Both the position numbers and the translations under genes were made by a program. The notes below the pieces were generated by a model. It saw only the letters and a list, made by a program, of their open reading frames with translations. It made no database searches and was not told where the DNA came from. From Flavobacteriaceae bacterium (GTDB taxonomy: Bacteria; Bacteroidota; Bacteroidia; Flavobacteriales; Flavobacteriaceae), in NCBI GenBank assembly GCA_013214625.1, contig JABSPO010000007.1, forward strand, positions 7,805 through 71,804: 64,000 nt of DNA. The letters are read 5' to 3'. Numbering within the stretch: position 1 is the stretch's first letter; the number at the start of each line of letters is the position of its first letter. Positions 9,416-19,493 of this stretch are shown here, in pieces.

Positions 9416-10444
9416 CTATTTAATCAAAATACTTTTGTATTTAACAAGATCTTTTAAAGCTATACCCGTACCTCTAACTACTGCACGTAACGGATCTTCT
9501 GCAATGTAAACTGGTAAGTCTGTTTTTTTAGACAATCTTTTATCTAACCCTCTTAACATTGATCCTCCTCCCGCTAAATAAATACCTGTATTATAAATAT
9601 CAGCAGCTAATTCTGGTGGAGTTTTCGATAAGGTTTCCATTACAGCATCTTCAATTCTTAAAATTGATTTATCTAAGGCTTTTGCAATTTCTCTATAAGA
9701 TATTTGTACTTGTTTTGGCTTTCCTGTAAGCAAGTCTCTTCCTTGAACAGACATGTCTTCTGGTGGAGTTTCTAAATCTTCCGTAGCAGCACCAATTTGA
9801 ATTTTTATTTTTTCTGCAGTTCTATCACCTACATACAAATTGTGCTGTGTACGCATGAAATAAACAATATCATTGGTAAACACATCACCTGCAACTTTAA
9901 CAGATTTATCGCATACAATTCCTCCTAAAGCAATTACAGCAATTTCAGTAGTACCTCCTCCAATATCAATAATCATATTTCCTTTTGGTTGCATAATATC
10001 TACACCAATACCAATAGCCGCAGCCATTGGCTCATGTATTAAATATACTTCTTTACCATTTACTCTTTCAGCTGATTCTTTTACCGCACGCATTTCTACT
10101 TCAGTAATTCCAGAAGGAATACAGATAACCAAGCGTAATGAAGGTGGAAATAATTTCTTTTTTAATGCTGGTATGTTTTTAATAAACATTGTCAACATTT
10201 TTTCAGAAGCATCAAAATCAGCAATTACACCATCTTTCAACGGGCGAATGGTTTTGATATTTTCATGAGTCTTCCCTTGCATCATATTTGCTTCCTGTCC
10301 CACTGCAATAATCTCTCCTGTTAAACGATTCCTTGCTACAATAGATGGCGCATCAACCACAACTTTTCCATTGTGAATAATTAAGGTGTTTGCAGTACCT
10401 AAATCTATTGCTATCTCTTCTGTTAAGAAATCAAAAAATCCCAT
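9416..10444 (-). CDS. mreB: Rod shape-determining protein MreB (actin-like ATPase)
   Basis: 342 aa. IDLGTANT, DIGGGTTE and LAGGGSMLRGLD are actin-fold ATPase motifs. Confidence 0.95.
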   Translation of the reverse strand: MGFFDFLTEEIAIDLGTANTLIIHNGKVVVDAPSIVARNRLTGEIIAVGQEANMMQGKTHENIKTIRPLKDGVIADFDASEKMLTMFIKNIPALKKKLFPPSLRLVICIPSGITEVEMRAVKESAERVNGKEVYLIHEPMAAAIGIGVDIMQPKGNMIIDIGGGTTEIAVIALGGIVCDKSVKVAGDVFTNDIVYFMRTQHNLYVGDRTAEKIKIQIGAATEDLETPPEDMSVQGRDLLTGKPKQVQISYREIAKALDKSILRIEDAVMETLSKTPPELAADIYNTGIYLAGGGSMLRGLDKRLSKKTDLPVYIAEDPLRAVVRGTGIALKDLVKYKSILIK

Positions 10445-10697
10445 AAGCGTTTGGTGTATTTAAAGGGTAAAACGTGTTTGAATTGGTAATACCAATTTAT
10501 TTTTTATAATGGCGTATGATAAAATTGAATTAGTTTTTACAAGGTTGAGACAAAATAATTTAGCATAGCCTTAGCTATGATTAAATATTTTAACAAAAAT
10601 ATTGTGAAAAACAATCTGTTTTATGCATCATTTAAAAGTTAAAAAGGTATTGGTTACCAAAGATACTCAATTTAAGGAAAAAATAACATTAAAAAAG

Positions 10698-10730
10698 AAA
10701 ACTCCGTAAAAATATTTTTTACGGAGTTTT
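10698..10730 (-). terminator. Rho-independent terminator downstream of purH
   Basis: AAAACTCCGT / ACGGAGTTTT 10-bp stem, with a T-run following on the minus strand. Confidence 0.8.
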
Positions 10731-10752
10731 TATATGAAATATTAACTATTTC

Positions 10753-12282
10753 TTAGTGCTTAAAATGTCTTGTTCCTGTAAAAACCATAGCAACGTTATT
10801 TTCGTTACAGTAATCAATACTTAATTGATCTTTAATTGACCCTCCTGGTTGAATTACCGCTTTTATCCCTGCCTTATCAGCAATCTCTACACAGTCAGGG
10901 AAAGGGAAAAATGCATCACTTGCCATTACAGCTCCGTTTAAATCAAACTTAAATTTTGTTGCTTTTTCAATTGCTTGATTTAAAGCATCTACTCTAGACG
11001 TTTGTCCTGTTCCACTCGCACACAATTGTTTATTTTTAACCAGTACAATTGTATTCGATTTTGTGTGCTTACAAATTTTAGACGCAAAAATTAAATCTTC
11101 TTTTTGAGCATCAGTAGTTTTCGTATTCGTTTTTTCCTCTAAACCTTGGATTGTATCCGTAATATTATTTCTATCTTGAACCAAAACACCATTCAAACAA
11201 GATCTTACATTTGTCCCTGGCATTTCAATAGTTTTCTGTACTAATAAGATTCTATTTTTCTTCCCTTTAAGAATTTCTTCAGCATCAGCATCAAATCCAG
11301 GAGCAATAACGACTTCACAAAATAATTTATGAATTTCTTCTGCTGTAGCAGCATCTATAACTGTATTTGAAATCAACACTCCTCCAAAAGCAGAAGTAGA
11401 ATCACCTGCCAAGGCATCTACATACGCTTCGCAAATTGTTGCACGTTGTGCAAAACCACAAGCGTTATTATGTTTTAACACTGCAAAGGTTGGCGATTCA
11501 CCTTTGAATTCATCCATTAAACTTACGGCTGCATCAACATCTAATAAGTTATTATAACTTAACTCCTTACCATGTAGCTTGTCAAATATCGCATCAAAAT
11601 CTCCAAAGAAGAATCCTTTTTGATGTGGATTCTCTCCATAACGCAAAGCTTTGCCGTTGTTTTCGCTAATTTTCAATACTGTATCTTCTCCTTCTTGATT
11701 AAAGTAATTGAAAATAGCCGTATCATAGTGAGAAGAAATATTAAATGCTTTTCTAGCAAACTTCTTTCTTTCTGAAATAGATGTATTACCGTTTTTTTCG
11801 TTGATGATATTTAAAAACTCACTATACTGCTCCATTGAAGAAACAATTACAGTGTCTTTAAAATTCTTTGCAGCAGCCCTTATTAAAGATATTCCACCAA
11901 TATCAATTTTTTCAATAATATCTTCTTCAGAAGCACCTGAAGCTACCGTTTTTTCAAACGGATATAAATCAACAATTACTAAATCTAACTGAGGAATATT
12001 ATACTCTTCCATTTCAGCTATATCACCTTCATGATCTTGACGGTTTAAAATCCCTCCAAAAACTTTAGGGTGTAAGGTTTTAACTCTTCCTCCTAAAATT
12101 GAAGGATAGGATGTTGTTTCCTCCACAGGAACTACATTAATTCCTAATTCTTTGATAAACTTTTCAGTTCCACCAGTAGAATAAATAGTAACCCCTAATT
12201 CGTCTAACTTTTTAACGATTGGCGCTAAGCCATCCTTATGAAATACTGAGATTAATGCTGATTTAATTGCCTTTGTAGCCAT
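10753..12282 (-). CDS. purH: Bifunctional AICAR formyltransferase / IMP cyclohydrolase PurH
   Basis: The N-terminus ALISVFHKDGL, STGGT and the C-terminus VFTGTRHFKH are typical PurH. I place the start at ATG 12282 (MATKAIKS) because a -7 box lies inside the longer 12321 ORF. Confidence 0.9.
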   Translation of the reverse strand: MATKAIKSALISVFHKDGLAPIVKKLDELGVTIYSTGGTEKFIKELGINVVPVEETTSYPSILGGRVKTLHPKVFGGILNRQDHEGDIAEMEEYNIPQLDLVIVDLYPFEKTVASGASEEDIIEKIDIGGISLIRAAAKNFKDTVIVSSMEQYSEFLNIINEKNGNTSISERKKFARKAFNISSHYDTAIFNYFNQEGEDTVLKISENNGKALRYGENPHQKGFFFGDFDAIFDKLHGKELSYNNLLDVDAAVSLMDEFKGESPTFAVLKHNNACGFAQRATICEAYVDALAGDSTSAFGGVLISNTVIDAATAEEIHKLFCEVVIAPGFDADAEEILKGKKNRILLVQKTIEMPGTNVRSCLNGVLVQDRNNITDTIQGLEEKTNTKTTDAQKEDLIFASKICKHTKSNTIVLVKNKQLCASGTGQTSRVDALNQAIEKATKFKFDLNGAVMASDAFFPFPDCVEIADKAGIKAVIQPGGSIKDQLSIDYCNENNVAMVFTGTRHFKH

Positions 12283-12318
12283 TTTTTGTTGTGTTGTTGT
12301 TGTTATTTTTGAAAGGTG

Positions 12319-12326
12319 CAAAAGTA
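12319..12326 (-). promoter_or_regulatory. -7 box (TACTTTTG on the minus strand) upstream of purH
   Basis: The forward strand reads CAAAAGTA, 37 nt upstream of ATG 12282. Confidence 0.45.
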
Positions 12327-12361
12327 ATTTTTATCCCCGAAAACACCATACAATAAAACAA

Positions 12362-12850
12362 TTATTTTAGTAATAATTGTTCAATATCTAATCCACTAAG
12401 TAATATAGCAACTTCCTCATTTACAAAAGCTAAGAATTCCTCATCCACTTTTGTAAACGGGTCTATTGTTTTAGAATCAATATCAATTTGCCCCACATTA
12501 ACTCCATCTATAAATAATGGAATCACTATTTCTGCTTTAACAGTAATACTACAAGCGATGTAATTATCTTGAGCACTTACATCCGAAACCACAAAATTAG
12601 AATTACTTTCTGCTACCTGACCACAAATCCCCTTTCCAAACGGAATGACTAAAAGATCTGTAGGCTCTCCAACATAGGCACTTAAATGCAATGTTTTAGA
12701 TTCATGGTTTGCAAAATAAAACCCCACCCAATCATACGCTTCTAAATTATCCTGTAGTAATTGACACACCCCTTTTAGCCTATCGAAAACAGGAATTGTT
12801 ATGTCTTTAGTTATTATTGAAACCAGTGGTTTTAAATCTTCAAATGTCAT
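12362..12850 (-). CDS. GAF domain-containing protein (free Met-R-sulfoxide reductase-like)
   Basis: 162 aa of the YebR/MsrC-like single-GAF family (WVGFY, GICG, IVIPL). Confidence 0.7.
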   Translation of the reverse strand: MTFEDLKPLVSIITKDITIPVFDRLKGVCQLLQDNLEAYDWVGFYFANHESKTLHLSAYVGEPTDLLVIPFGKGICGQVAESNSNFVVSDVSAQDNYIACSITVKAEIVIPLFIDGVNVGQIDIDSKTIDPFTKVDEEFLAFVNEEVAILLSGLDIEQLLLK

Positions 12851-12879
12851 TTAATTATTGTTTTTATAGTAAAAGAATA

Positions 12880-12887
12880 CAAAAGTA
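12880..12887 (-). promoter_or_regulatory. -7 box (TACTTTTG on the minus strand) upstream of the GAF-domain gene
   Basis: The forward strand reads CAAAAGTA, 30 nt upstream of ATG 12850. Confidence 0.45.
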
Positions 12888-12937
12888 TCTAATTATAAAA
12901 GAATTGAAATCAAAAAGTTGTTAATTTGTGTGGCATC

Positions 12938-13477
12938 ATGAAGACACTAATTAAAAAAAACAAACCAGTTATAACCTTTTTAGCTATATTTTTATCTAGC
13001 TACATTCTTTTGTCACTCCTATATCATTTTTTTTTAAACACTGTAAATAGCCCAGATTTTTTTACTAAGTCCGTTTCTGAACAAGTAATACGTTTATTGA
13101 ATTTGATTGATTACCAAACTAATTCAATAATAGACACCTCTAAAGGAACTATTAACCTATTTATGAAAGAACGCAATATTGCTTTTATCGCAGAGGGCTG
13201 CAACGCCATAAGTATCATGATTTTGTTTGTTTCTTTCATTTTCAGTTTTACTAAAAGAATGAAACCCACCTTAATCTTTGTTTCCATAGGATTAATCATC
13301 ATTCATCTTGCAAATATTTTCCGAATCGTAATTCTTATAATATGCTTACATCATTACCCTGAATACTCAAAATACCTACACAGTTACATTTTTCCAGCTA
13401 TGATATATGGCGTTGTATTTCTGTTGTGGATGTTTTGGGTTAATTCATTTAAAAAAGCAAATTCAAGTGGTCTCTAA
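12938..13477 (+). CDS. xrtF: Exosortase family protein XrtF
   Basis: About 180-aa polytopic protein with an exosortase-type Cys motif (IAEGCNAIS), a later conserved Arg (NIFRIV) and His residues. It is followed by the family-specific partner gene. ATG 12938 is preferred over the track's GTG 12926. Confidence 0.75.
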   Translation: MKTLIKKNKPVITFLAIFLSSYILLSLLYHFFLNTVNSPDFFTKSVSEQVIRLLNLIDYQTNSIIDTSKGTINLFMKERNIAFIAEGCNAISIMILFVSFIFSFTKRMKPTLIFVSIGLIIIHLANIFRIVILIICLHHYPEYSKYLHSYIFPAMIYGVVFLLWMFWVNSFKKANSSGL

Positions 13478-13907
13478 ACCCTTTAAAATAATCATTATAA
13501 CCTCTCTTTTTATCCTCCTAGGGTTAGTGAGGGTATTTGAGGATAATTTGTTTTATGATCCGTTTATTCAATTTTACAAACAACTCTATTTCACAAATGA
13601 AGTTCCTAATTTTAATCTTGGTAAATTAATAATACACACTTTTTTCAGATACTCACTTAATAGTATAATTTCAATAACAATACTATTTATAGCTTTTAAC
13701 AAAACAGCTGTTTTACGTTTTTCTTCTATATTTTATGCGATACTATTTATAATCCTTATTTCTTGCTACCTGGTAATAATCATGAACTTCTCAGAAGAAC
13801 TACATCAACTATTTTTTTATATCAGGCGTTTTTTAATACAACCTATTTTTGTACTTGTATTACTACCCGCTTTTTACTATCAACAAAACATCATACATAA
13901 ACAATAA
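13407..13907 (+). CDS. Exosortase F system-associated membrane protein
   Basis: Polytopic protein containing FEDNLFYDPFIQFYK, immediately after xrtF. The track ORF overlaps xrtF by 71 nt. GTG 13467 (giving VSKPFKIIII) is the more likely start. Confidence 0.65.
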   Translation: MALYFCCGCFGLIHLKKQIQVVSKPFKIIIITSLFILLGLVRVFEDNLFYDPFIQFYKQLYFTNEVPNFNLGKLIIHTFFRYSLNSIISITILFIAFNKTAVLRFSSIFYAILFIILISCYLVIIMNFSEELHQLFFYIRRFLIQPIFVLVLLPAFYYQQNIIHKQ

Positions 13908-13921
13908 TAAAATAGTCGCAT

Positions 13922-13952
13922 AAAAAAACCTACGCTAAGCGTAGGTTTTTTT
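13922..13952. terminator. Bidirectional terminator between the xrtF partner gene and skp
   Basis: A7-CCTACGC-TAA-GCGTAGG-T7. Confidence 0.85.
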
Positions 13953-13973
13953 AATATTACGAAAAGTAATGAT

Positions 13974-14483
13974 TTACATTCCCAATTCTTTTTTAACGTC
14001 CTCCAATAAGTTTGGACCATCAGCTAAAATTAATCCAGAACCTGCAGTTGAATCTACTACATATTGGTACCCTTTAGCTCTAGCTACCTTTTGAATAGCT
14101 ACACGTGCTTTTTCCATAATAGGCTTGATTAACCCTTCTTGTCTTTTACCCATTTCTTGCTGAGCATTTTGTTCGTACTTTAATACATTATCACGCATTC
14201 CTTGTACTTCCTGAGCTCTCTGACCATTAACCTCATCTGTTTTACTAGACGCTTCAGCTTGATACTGCTTCATTTTATTTTGAAGCTCTGTAGCCATCGT
14301 TTGTAAATCAGCCTGATACGTTTTAGTTAACTTCTCTAACTGATTTTGTGCCGCCTTCATTTCTGGCATAGCTGCAATTAATTCTTGAGTATCTATATGA
14401 GCTACTTTGCTTTGTGCAGATGTTAAACTAGTTGCTCCTAAAAATAATATTGATGCAACTAATAGTGTTTTAATTTTCTTCAT
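13974..14483 (-). CDS. OmpH/Skp-family periplasmic chaperone
   Basis: Signal peptide followed by a coiled-coil Q/E/K-rich body, downstream of bamA. The start is taken as the second MKKIKTLL (ATG 14483). Confidence 0.85.
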   Translation of the reverse strand: MKKIKTLLVASILFLGATSLTSAQSKVAHIDTQELIAAMPEMKAAQNQLEKLTKTYQADLQTMATELQNKMKQYQAEASSKTDEVNGQRAQEVQGMRDNVLKYEQNAQQEMGKRQEGLIKPIMEKARVAIQKVARAKGYQYVVDSTAGSGLILADGPNLLEDVKKELGM

Positions 14484-14502
14484 TTTATAATTTATTAAGT
14501 GT

Positions 14503-15321
14503 TTATTTATTTTCTTCATTATTATCCTCTACAGGCACCCCAGGAGGACCTGTTTTATTATTTCTCTTTGCTTCTTTAACAGCTAACATTTTTCTACGCT
14601 TCTCGTCAAAGGCTTTCTTTCTAGCTTCTTTATCTGCTAAAACTTTTTTTCTTTTTTCATCAAGAACTCGTTGTCTTTCAGCTTTCCTATCTTCTGCAGC
14701 TTTTTTCCTTTCGTCAACTTCTTGATTGATTACCGGGATCACATCCTCAGACGCAGCATTCTTTTTAGATTTTCTATCTTTTGCCTGTTGACGTTTTGCT
14801 GTTCTGGTTAGCACCCTAACAATGTAGTCACTCAAATCGTAACGTTTATTGGAATACATCATTACTACATCAGCCGATTTATCAAATATGAAGTCATATT
14901 TTTTCGATTTAGCTAATTCTCGTACTGCAGTTAGTACTTGATCTTGGATTGGCTCAATTAAAGTCCTTTTTTGAATAATCAAATCTCCATTTGGTCCAAA
15001 TCTTTTTTGTTGATAATCTAAAATTTCAGCTTCTTCTATTTTTATTTCTTCTTCTTTTTCTTCAATAAGTTCTTTTGTTAACAAAACACGTTCATTACGC
15101 AAATCCAACTTTTTCTTTTCAATGTCACGAAGCTTTAAATCAATTTCACTTTTCCATTTTTGAACTTTTTGATCTAGTTGCCCTAAAGCTTCATTATACT
15201 CAGGAATATTTTCAAGGATATACTCTGTATCGATGTACCCTATTCTGATATTACTTTTCTGAGCATAACCACTAAATGCAATTACTACTAATAAAACGAT
15301 TAAAAGAACTCTTGTTTTCAT
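14503..15321 (-). CDS. OmpH/Skp-family chaperone with a long K/R/E-rich C-terminal tail
   Basis: 272 aa with a signal peptide and Skp-like coiled coil. The C-terminal ~90 aa are highly charged, with repeated KRKKVLADKEARKK / KRRKMLAVKEAKR units. Confidence 0.8.
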   Translation of the reverse strand: MKTRVLLIVLLVVIAFSGYAQKSNIRIGYIDTEYILENIPEYNEALGQLDQKVQKWKSEIDLKLRDIEKKKLDLRNERVLLTKELIEEKEEEIKIEEAEILDYQQKRFGPNGDLIIQKRTLIEPIQDQVLTAVRELAKSKKYDFIFDKSADVVMMYSNKRYDLSDYIVRVLTRTAKRQQAKDRKSKKNAASEDVIPVINQEVDERKKAAEDRKAERQRVLDEKRKKVLADKEARKKAFDEKRRKMLAVKEAKRNNKTGPPGVPVEDNNEENK

Positions 15322-15357
15322 AACTTATTGTGTTTATTGAAAATATCGTGCCAAAAA

Positions 15358-17985
15358 TTAAAACTCCCTTCCTAATATAAAATGTGTTTCCCAACCATTC
15401 TTCTCAGACTGCCCTGGTAATGCATCAAATCCGTGACCGAAATCAATTCCCAACAAACCAAACGCAGGCATAAATATACGAATCCCTGCACCAGCTGAAC
15501 GATACATATTAAACGGGTCGTACTCTGAGTAATCATTAAATGAATTCCCTGCTTCTGCAAATACTAACCCATAGATACTAGCCGCTTGAGATTTCATTGC
15601 TATTGGGTGTCTCAACTCTAATGAAAATCTGTTAAAAATAATACCTCCATCATTAGCAGACAAACTTCCGTTATCAGGATACCCTCTCATACGAACTGTT
15701 TCTATATTCTGCAAACCAGAACCACCAAGACCACTTCCCCCAAGAGAAAAACGCTCAAAAGGAACAATTCCTCTATCATCATTATACGCTCCCAAGAAAC
15801 CAAAGTTAACATTTGTTCTTAAAACTAAACGTTTATGTAAGCTAGTATACCAATCTCCTTCAAATTTAACTTTATAAAACTCTAGCCATTTATAACGCTC
15901 TTGATCTACTTTACTCAAATCTGCAGTTGCATCATTAAAGTCTGCAACTACGTTATTGTTTTCATCAACATAGTTCCCATGGCTATTTTTTAATTTATAC
16001 TCTTCTAGGTTTTCTAAATTTTTATAATCAACTCCATTTACTAAAGAATAAGGAAAAGTAAATTTACCCGTTAATGAAAACTTAGAACCTCTTTCTGGAT
16101 AAATAGGGTTAATCCCCTTACTATCTCTAGACAACCCAACTGTATACGCTAAACTATTCGCATGACCATCCTTAATATTTCTAAACAGGCTAGTTTGATA
16201 GTTTTTTAAATTATAATGCTGTAATGACACCGACTGACTCAATGTAAAATAATCATCCGGTACTTTTAATCGTTTGGCCAATCCAAGAGAAATACCAATA
16301 ATTCCAAATTGCTGATCTTTATCTACTCTACGAGTCCCACTATCATACCTAAAATATCTAGAATAAGAAAATGACACAGAAAACTGCTGAGGCTTTTTAC
16401 CACCCAACCATGGCTCCATAAAAGACAGACTATATGTTTGATAGGTCTGTGCAGCAGATGCTCTTAATGATAATGTTTGCCCATCTCCCATTGGCAGAGG
16501 ATGATATGCTTCTTTGTTAAATATATTTTTAATCGAAAAATTATTAAAAGACAAACCTAGAGTTCCTATGAAACCTCCTCCACCGTACCCTCCTTGAAGC
16601 TCGACTTGACTAGATCCTTTTTCAACTACTGAATACTCAACATCTACAGTACCTTCATTTGGGTTTGGATTTTTTATATTTGGCACTAATTGTTCCGCAT
16701 CAAAGAATCCCATTTGCCCTAATTCACGTAAACTTCTTATGATTTTTTGTTTACTATAAATTTGCCCAGGCTTAGTTCTTAATTCTCTATAAACAACATG
16801 ATCATTAGTTTTGTCATTTCCTGTTACAGTAATGTGTTTAAAACGAGTTAATTTACCTTCTGAAATCCTTATTTCAAAATCAATTGTATCATTTCTTACA
16901 CCAGTTTCAACTGGCACAACACTTGAAAACATATATCCATTATTTTGATATAAATTTGTTATATCATTTGCATCTGGATCAGTCACGTCTGCAATTTGTT
17001 TTTCCAATAATATTGCATTATACACATCACCTCTAAACAAACCTAATTTCTGTTTAAGGTATTTATCCGTATACACTGTGTTACCCGTAAACTCAATATC
17101 ACCTATATAATATTTCTTTCCTTCTTTAATATCAATTTTCAAAGAAATTGTTTTATCCTCATTAAAAATAGGGTCGCTTCCTTCAACCTTAATATCACGA
17201 TACCCGTTTTCTTTATACTTTTCAACTATTTTAGCAAGATCTTCCTCATACTTCTCTTTCACAAACTTTGAACGTTTAAAAATTCTTAACGGATTTTTAA
17301 AACCTTTCTCTTTTGTGTTTTTCATTTTCTTACGAAGTTTTGAGGACTTAAAACTTTCGTTACCCGTAAAATCAATATTCGATATTTTTACTTTTTTCCC
17401 TTTATCAATGTTAACTACCAAATTAATTTTTTCTTTCCCCGTAGAATCTTTTACAGAAACAGGGTTTAAATAAACCTTACTTGCGATATACCCCTCTTTA
17501 GCGTATTTATTTTGCAAATAATTTTTGGTGGTTGTTAAAAGATTTTCAGTTACCTTAATTCCTTTAGTAAGTTTATTTTCCTTGATGATTTCATCTCGCT
17601 TAGACTTCTTTACTCCCGTAATCTTAACTTCATCTAAACTCGGTAATTCTTTAACTTCAATATTTAAATATATTGACTTTCCATCTACCTTAGTTACATA
17701 TAAATTAACGTCACTAAATAAGTTTGAAGCCCATAACTTTTTAATTGCATCACTTGTTTTTTCTCCAGGAATAATCACTTCTTGCCCTTTTCTTAATCCA
17801 GAAAAAGTAACTATCGTTTGCTTATTAAAACTAGCATTCCCTGAAACTGTAATATCTTCAATTAAATATTTTGTTCCCGAAACATAACTCCCTACTTGAG
17901 CGTATGTTTTAGTACTAAGAACTAAAAAAAATAATATTAAACTATAAAATATCTTCCTACTTAAGTTGTTCACTTGTTTTTCCAA
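15358..17985 (-). CDS. bamA: Outer membrane protein assembly factor BamA
   Basis: 875 aa with a signal peptide, POTRA-like repeats, and a C-terminal beta-barrel ending in an aromatic residue (REF). Conserved uppS-bamA-skp order. Confidence 0.9.
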   Translation of the reverse strand: MEKQVNNLSRKIFYSLILFFLVLSTKTYAQVGSYVSGTKYLIEDITVSGNASFNKQTIVTFSGLRKGQEVIIPGEKTSDAIKKLWASNLFSDVNLYVTKVDGKSIYLNIEVKELPSLDEVKITGVKKSKRDEIIKENKLTKGIKVTENLLTTTKNYLQNKYAKEGYIASKVYLNPVSVKDSTGKEKINLVVNIDKGKKVKISNIDFTGNESFKSSKLRKKMKNTKEKGFKNPLRIFKRSKFVKEKYEEDLAKIVEKYKENGYRDIKVEGSDPIFNEDKTISLKIDIKEGKKYYIGDIEFTGNTVYTDKYLKQKLGLFRGDVYNAILLEKQIADVTDPDANDITNLYQNNGYMFSSVVPVETGVRNDTIDFEIRISEGKLTRFKHITVTGNDKTNDHVVYRELRTKPGQIYSKQKIIRSLRELGQMGFFDAEQLVPNIKNPNPNEGTVDVEYSVVEKGSSQVELQGGYGGGGFIGTLGLSFNNFSIKNIFNKEAYHPLPMGDGQTLSLRASAAQTYQTYSLSFMEPWLGGKKPQQFSVSFSYSRYFRYDSGTRRVDKDQQFGIIGISLGLAKRLKVPDDYFTLSQSVSLQHYNLKNYQTSLFRNIKDGHANSLAYTVGLSRDSKGINPIYPERGSKFSLTGKFTFPYSLVNGVDYKNLENLEEYKLKNSHGNYVDENNNVVADFNDATADLSKVDQERYKWLEFYKVKFEGDWYTSLHKRLVLRTNVNFGFLGAYNDDRGIVPFERFSLGGSGLGGSGLQNIETVRMRGYPDNGSLSANDGGIIFNRFSLELRHPIAMKSQAASIYGLVFAEAGNSFNDYSEYDPFNMYRSAGAGIRIFMPAFGLLGIDFGHGFDALPGQSEKNGWETHFILGREF

Positions 17986-18697
17986 ATCGTCTTTCTCTAT
18001 TTTGATAATTTAATATAGCCCTATACAGGTCTTCCTTTTTAAAATCCGGCCAAAGTACATCAGTAAAATATAATTCAGCATATGCAATTTGCCACAATAA
18101 AAAGTTACTTATGCGTTGCTCACCGCTTGTTCTTATAAGTAAATCCACATCTGGTAAATTTCGCGTGTAAAGATGCTCATTAATAATTGAATCATCAATA
18201 TTTTCCACAGAAATTATGTTATTTTTAACTTTCTCTGCGATTTCCTTTACCGCTTTAACAATTTCGTTTCTAGAACCATAACTTAATGCTAAAGTCAATA
18301 CTAACTTCTTGTTATTCTTAGTCTTTTCTATCACTTCAGAAAGTTCTTTGTACGCTTTAGGAGGCAATTCTTCTAGGTTACCTATCGCACATAACTTAAT
18401 TTCATTCTTATGAAGTGTTTTAAACTCCTTTTTTAATGAAGAAACTAATAAATTCATCAACTTATCTACTTCATTCTTTGGTCTATTCCAATTTTCCGTA
18501 GAAAAAGCATATAATGTTAAATGTGATATACCTGACTCCCCTGCCGCTTCAATAGTTTCACGAACCGCCTTAGCTCCTCTTTCATGTCCAAAAATACGTA
18601 GTAATCCTCTTTTTTTAGCCCAACGTCCGTTACCATCCATGATGATTGCAACGTGCTTAGGCACGTTATCCGTATCTATTTGCTTTAAAAAACTCAT
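17957..18697 (-). CDS. uppS: Isoprenyl transferase (undecaprenyl diphosphate synthase)
   Basis: DGNGRWA, FSTENW and ERRFG motifs. 246 aa. Confidence 0.95.
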   Translation of the reverse strand: MSFLKQIDTDNVPKHVAIIMDGNGRWAKKRGLLRIFGHERGAKAVRETIEAAGESGISHLTLYAFSTENWNRPKNEVDKLMNLLVSSLKKEFKTLHKNEIKLCAIGNLEELPPKAYKELSEVIEKTKNNKKLVLTLALSYGSRNEIVKAVKEIAEKVKNNIISVENIDDSIINEHLYTRNLPDVDLLIRTSGEQRISNFLLWQIAYAELYFTDVLWPDFKKEDLYRAILNYQNRERRFGKTSEQLK

Positions 18698-18700
18698 GAT

Positions 18701-19399
18701 TTAATTTATATTACAGAAACAAGGGTTTTTACCAAATGTATACGTTAACGTTACACCTGTAAACACGTACCAATCATTACTATTTGTATTTCCAAACTTT
18801 AATGACTCAAATTCTTCTTTATCCCTTACTGGATTGCTTCCATCAAGATCATCGGTAAACGTATAACGAGCACCTATTTCTATCGCAAGCACAAATTGCT
18901 TTGTTATTGCAGATTTAATTCCTACAACCATAGGTATTGCTAATGAATTGTGAGAATTATACTCTTCAATTTTGTTATTTGGATTTAATACTAATGCATT
19001 ATAATTAAAATATGAAAGCCCTGTAAATAAGTAAGGTGTAGTTTTAATTGCATAATTGTGTTGGTCATGCAAATCGAATTCCCAGAATGTAAACTCCATC
19101 CCAGCAGTAATTTCTTTTACCTCATTCTTAAATGTTAAACCTCTTTGTTTTCTTCTTGGATCTGACGACTTTGAATCATCACCTGATATACTTGAATATA
19201 TAGCTGACAATCGGTACGAATGCCTAGGACTTCTGTTCCATTTATATATTCCTCCAATAGCAATATCACTTGGATTTACATACTTTCCTGATCCAACATC
19301 AGCAATTGCATTTGATCCCCCGACAAACACTCCAACTTCATGGATTTGTCCAAAAGAAAAACAACAAAACAGTACTAATAAAATAGTTAAACGATACAT
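18701..19399 (-). CDS. Outer-membrane beta-barrel protein (DUF6089-like)
   Basis: Signal peptide (MYRLTILLVLF), alternating beta-strand pattern and a C-terminal aromatic-rich strand. The start is taken at ATG 19399. Confidence 0.55.
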   Translation of the reverse strand: MYRLTILLVLFCCFSFGQIHEVGVFVGGSNAIADVGSGKYVNPSDIAIGGIYKWNRSPRHSYRLSAIYSSISGDDSKSSDPRRKQRGLTFKNEVKEITAGMEFTFWEFDLHDQHNYAIKTTPYLFTGLSYFNYNALVLNPNNKIEEYNSHNSLAIPMVVGIKSAITKQFVLAIEIGARYTFTDDLDGSNPVRDKEEFESLKFGNTNSNDWYVFTGVTLTYTFGKNPCFCNIN

Positions 19400-19493
19400 A
19401 GTGTTCTCAAAAGTTTGCAAATATATAAAAATGACTCAGTTCACGCAATTAAACACGCCCACTATAAAACATAATTTATAACCTTTTATTGTT

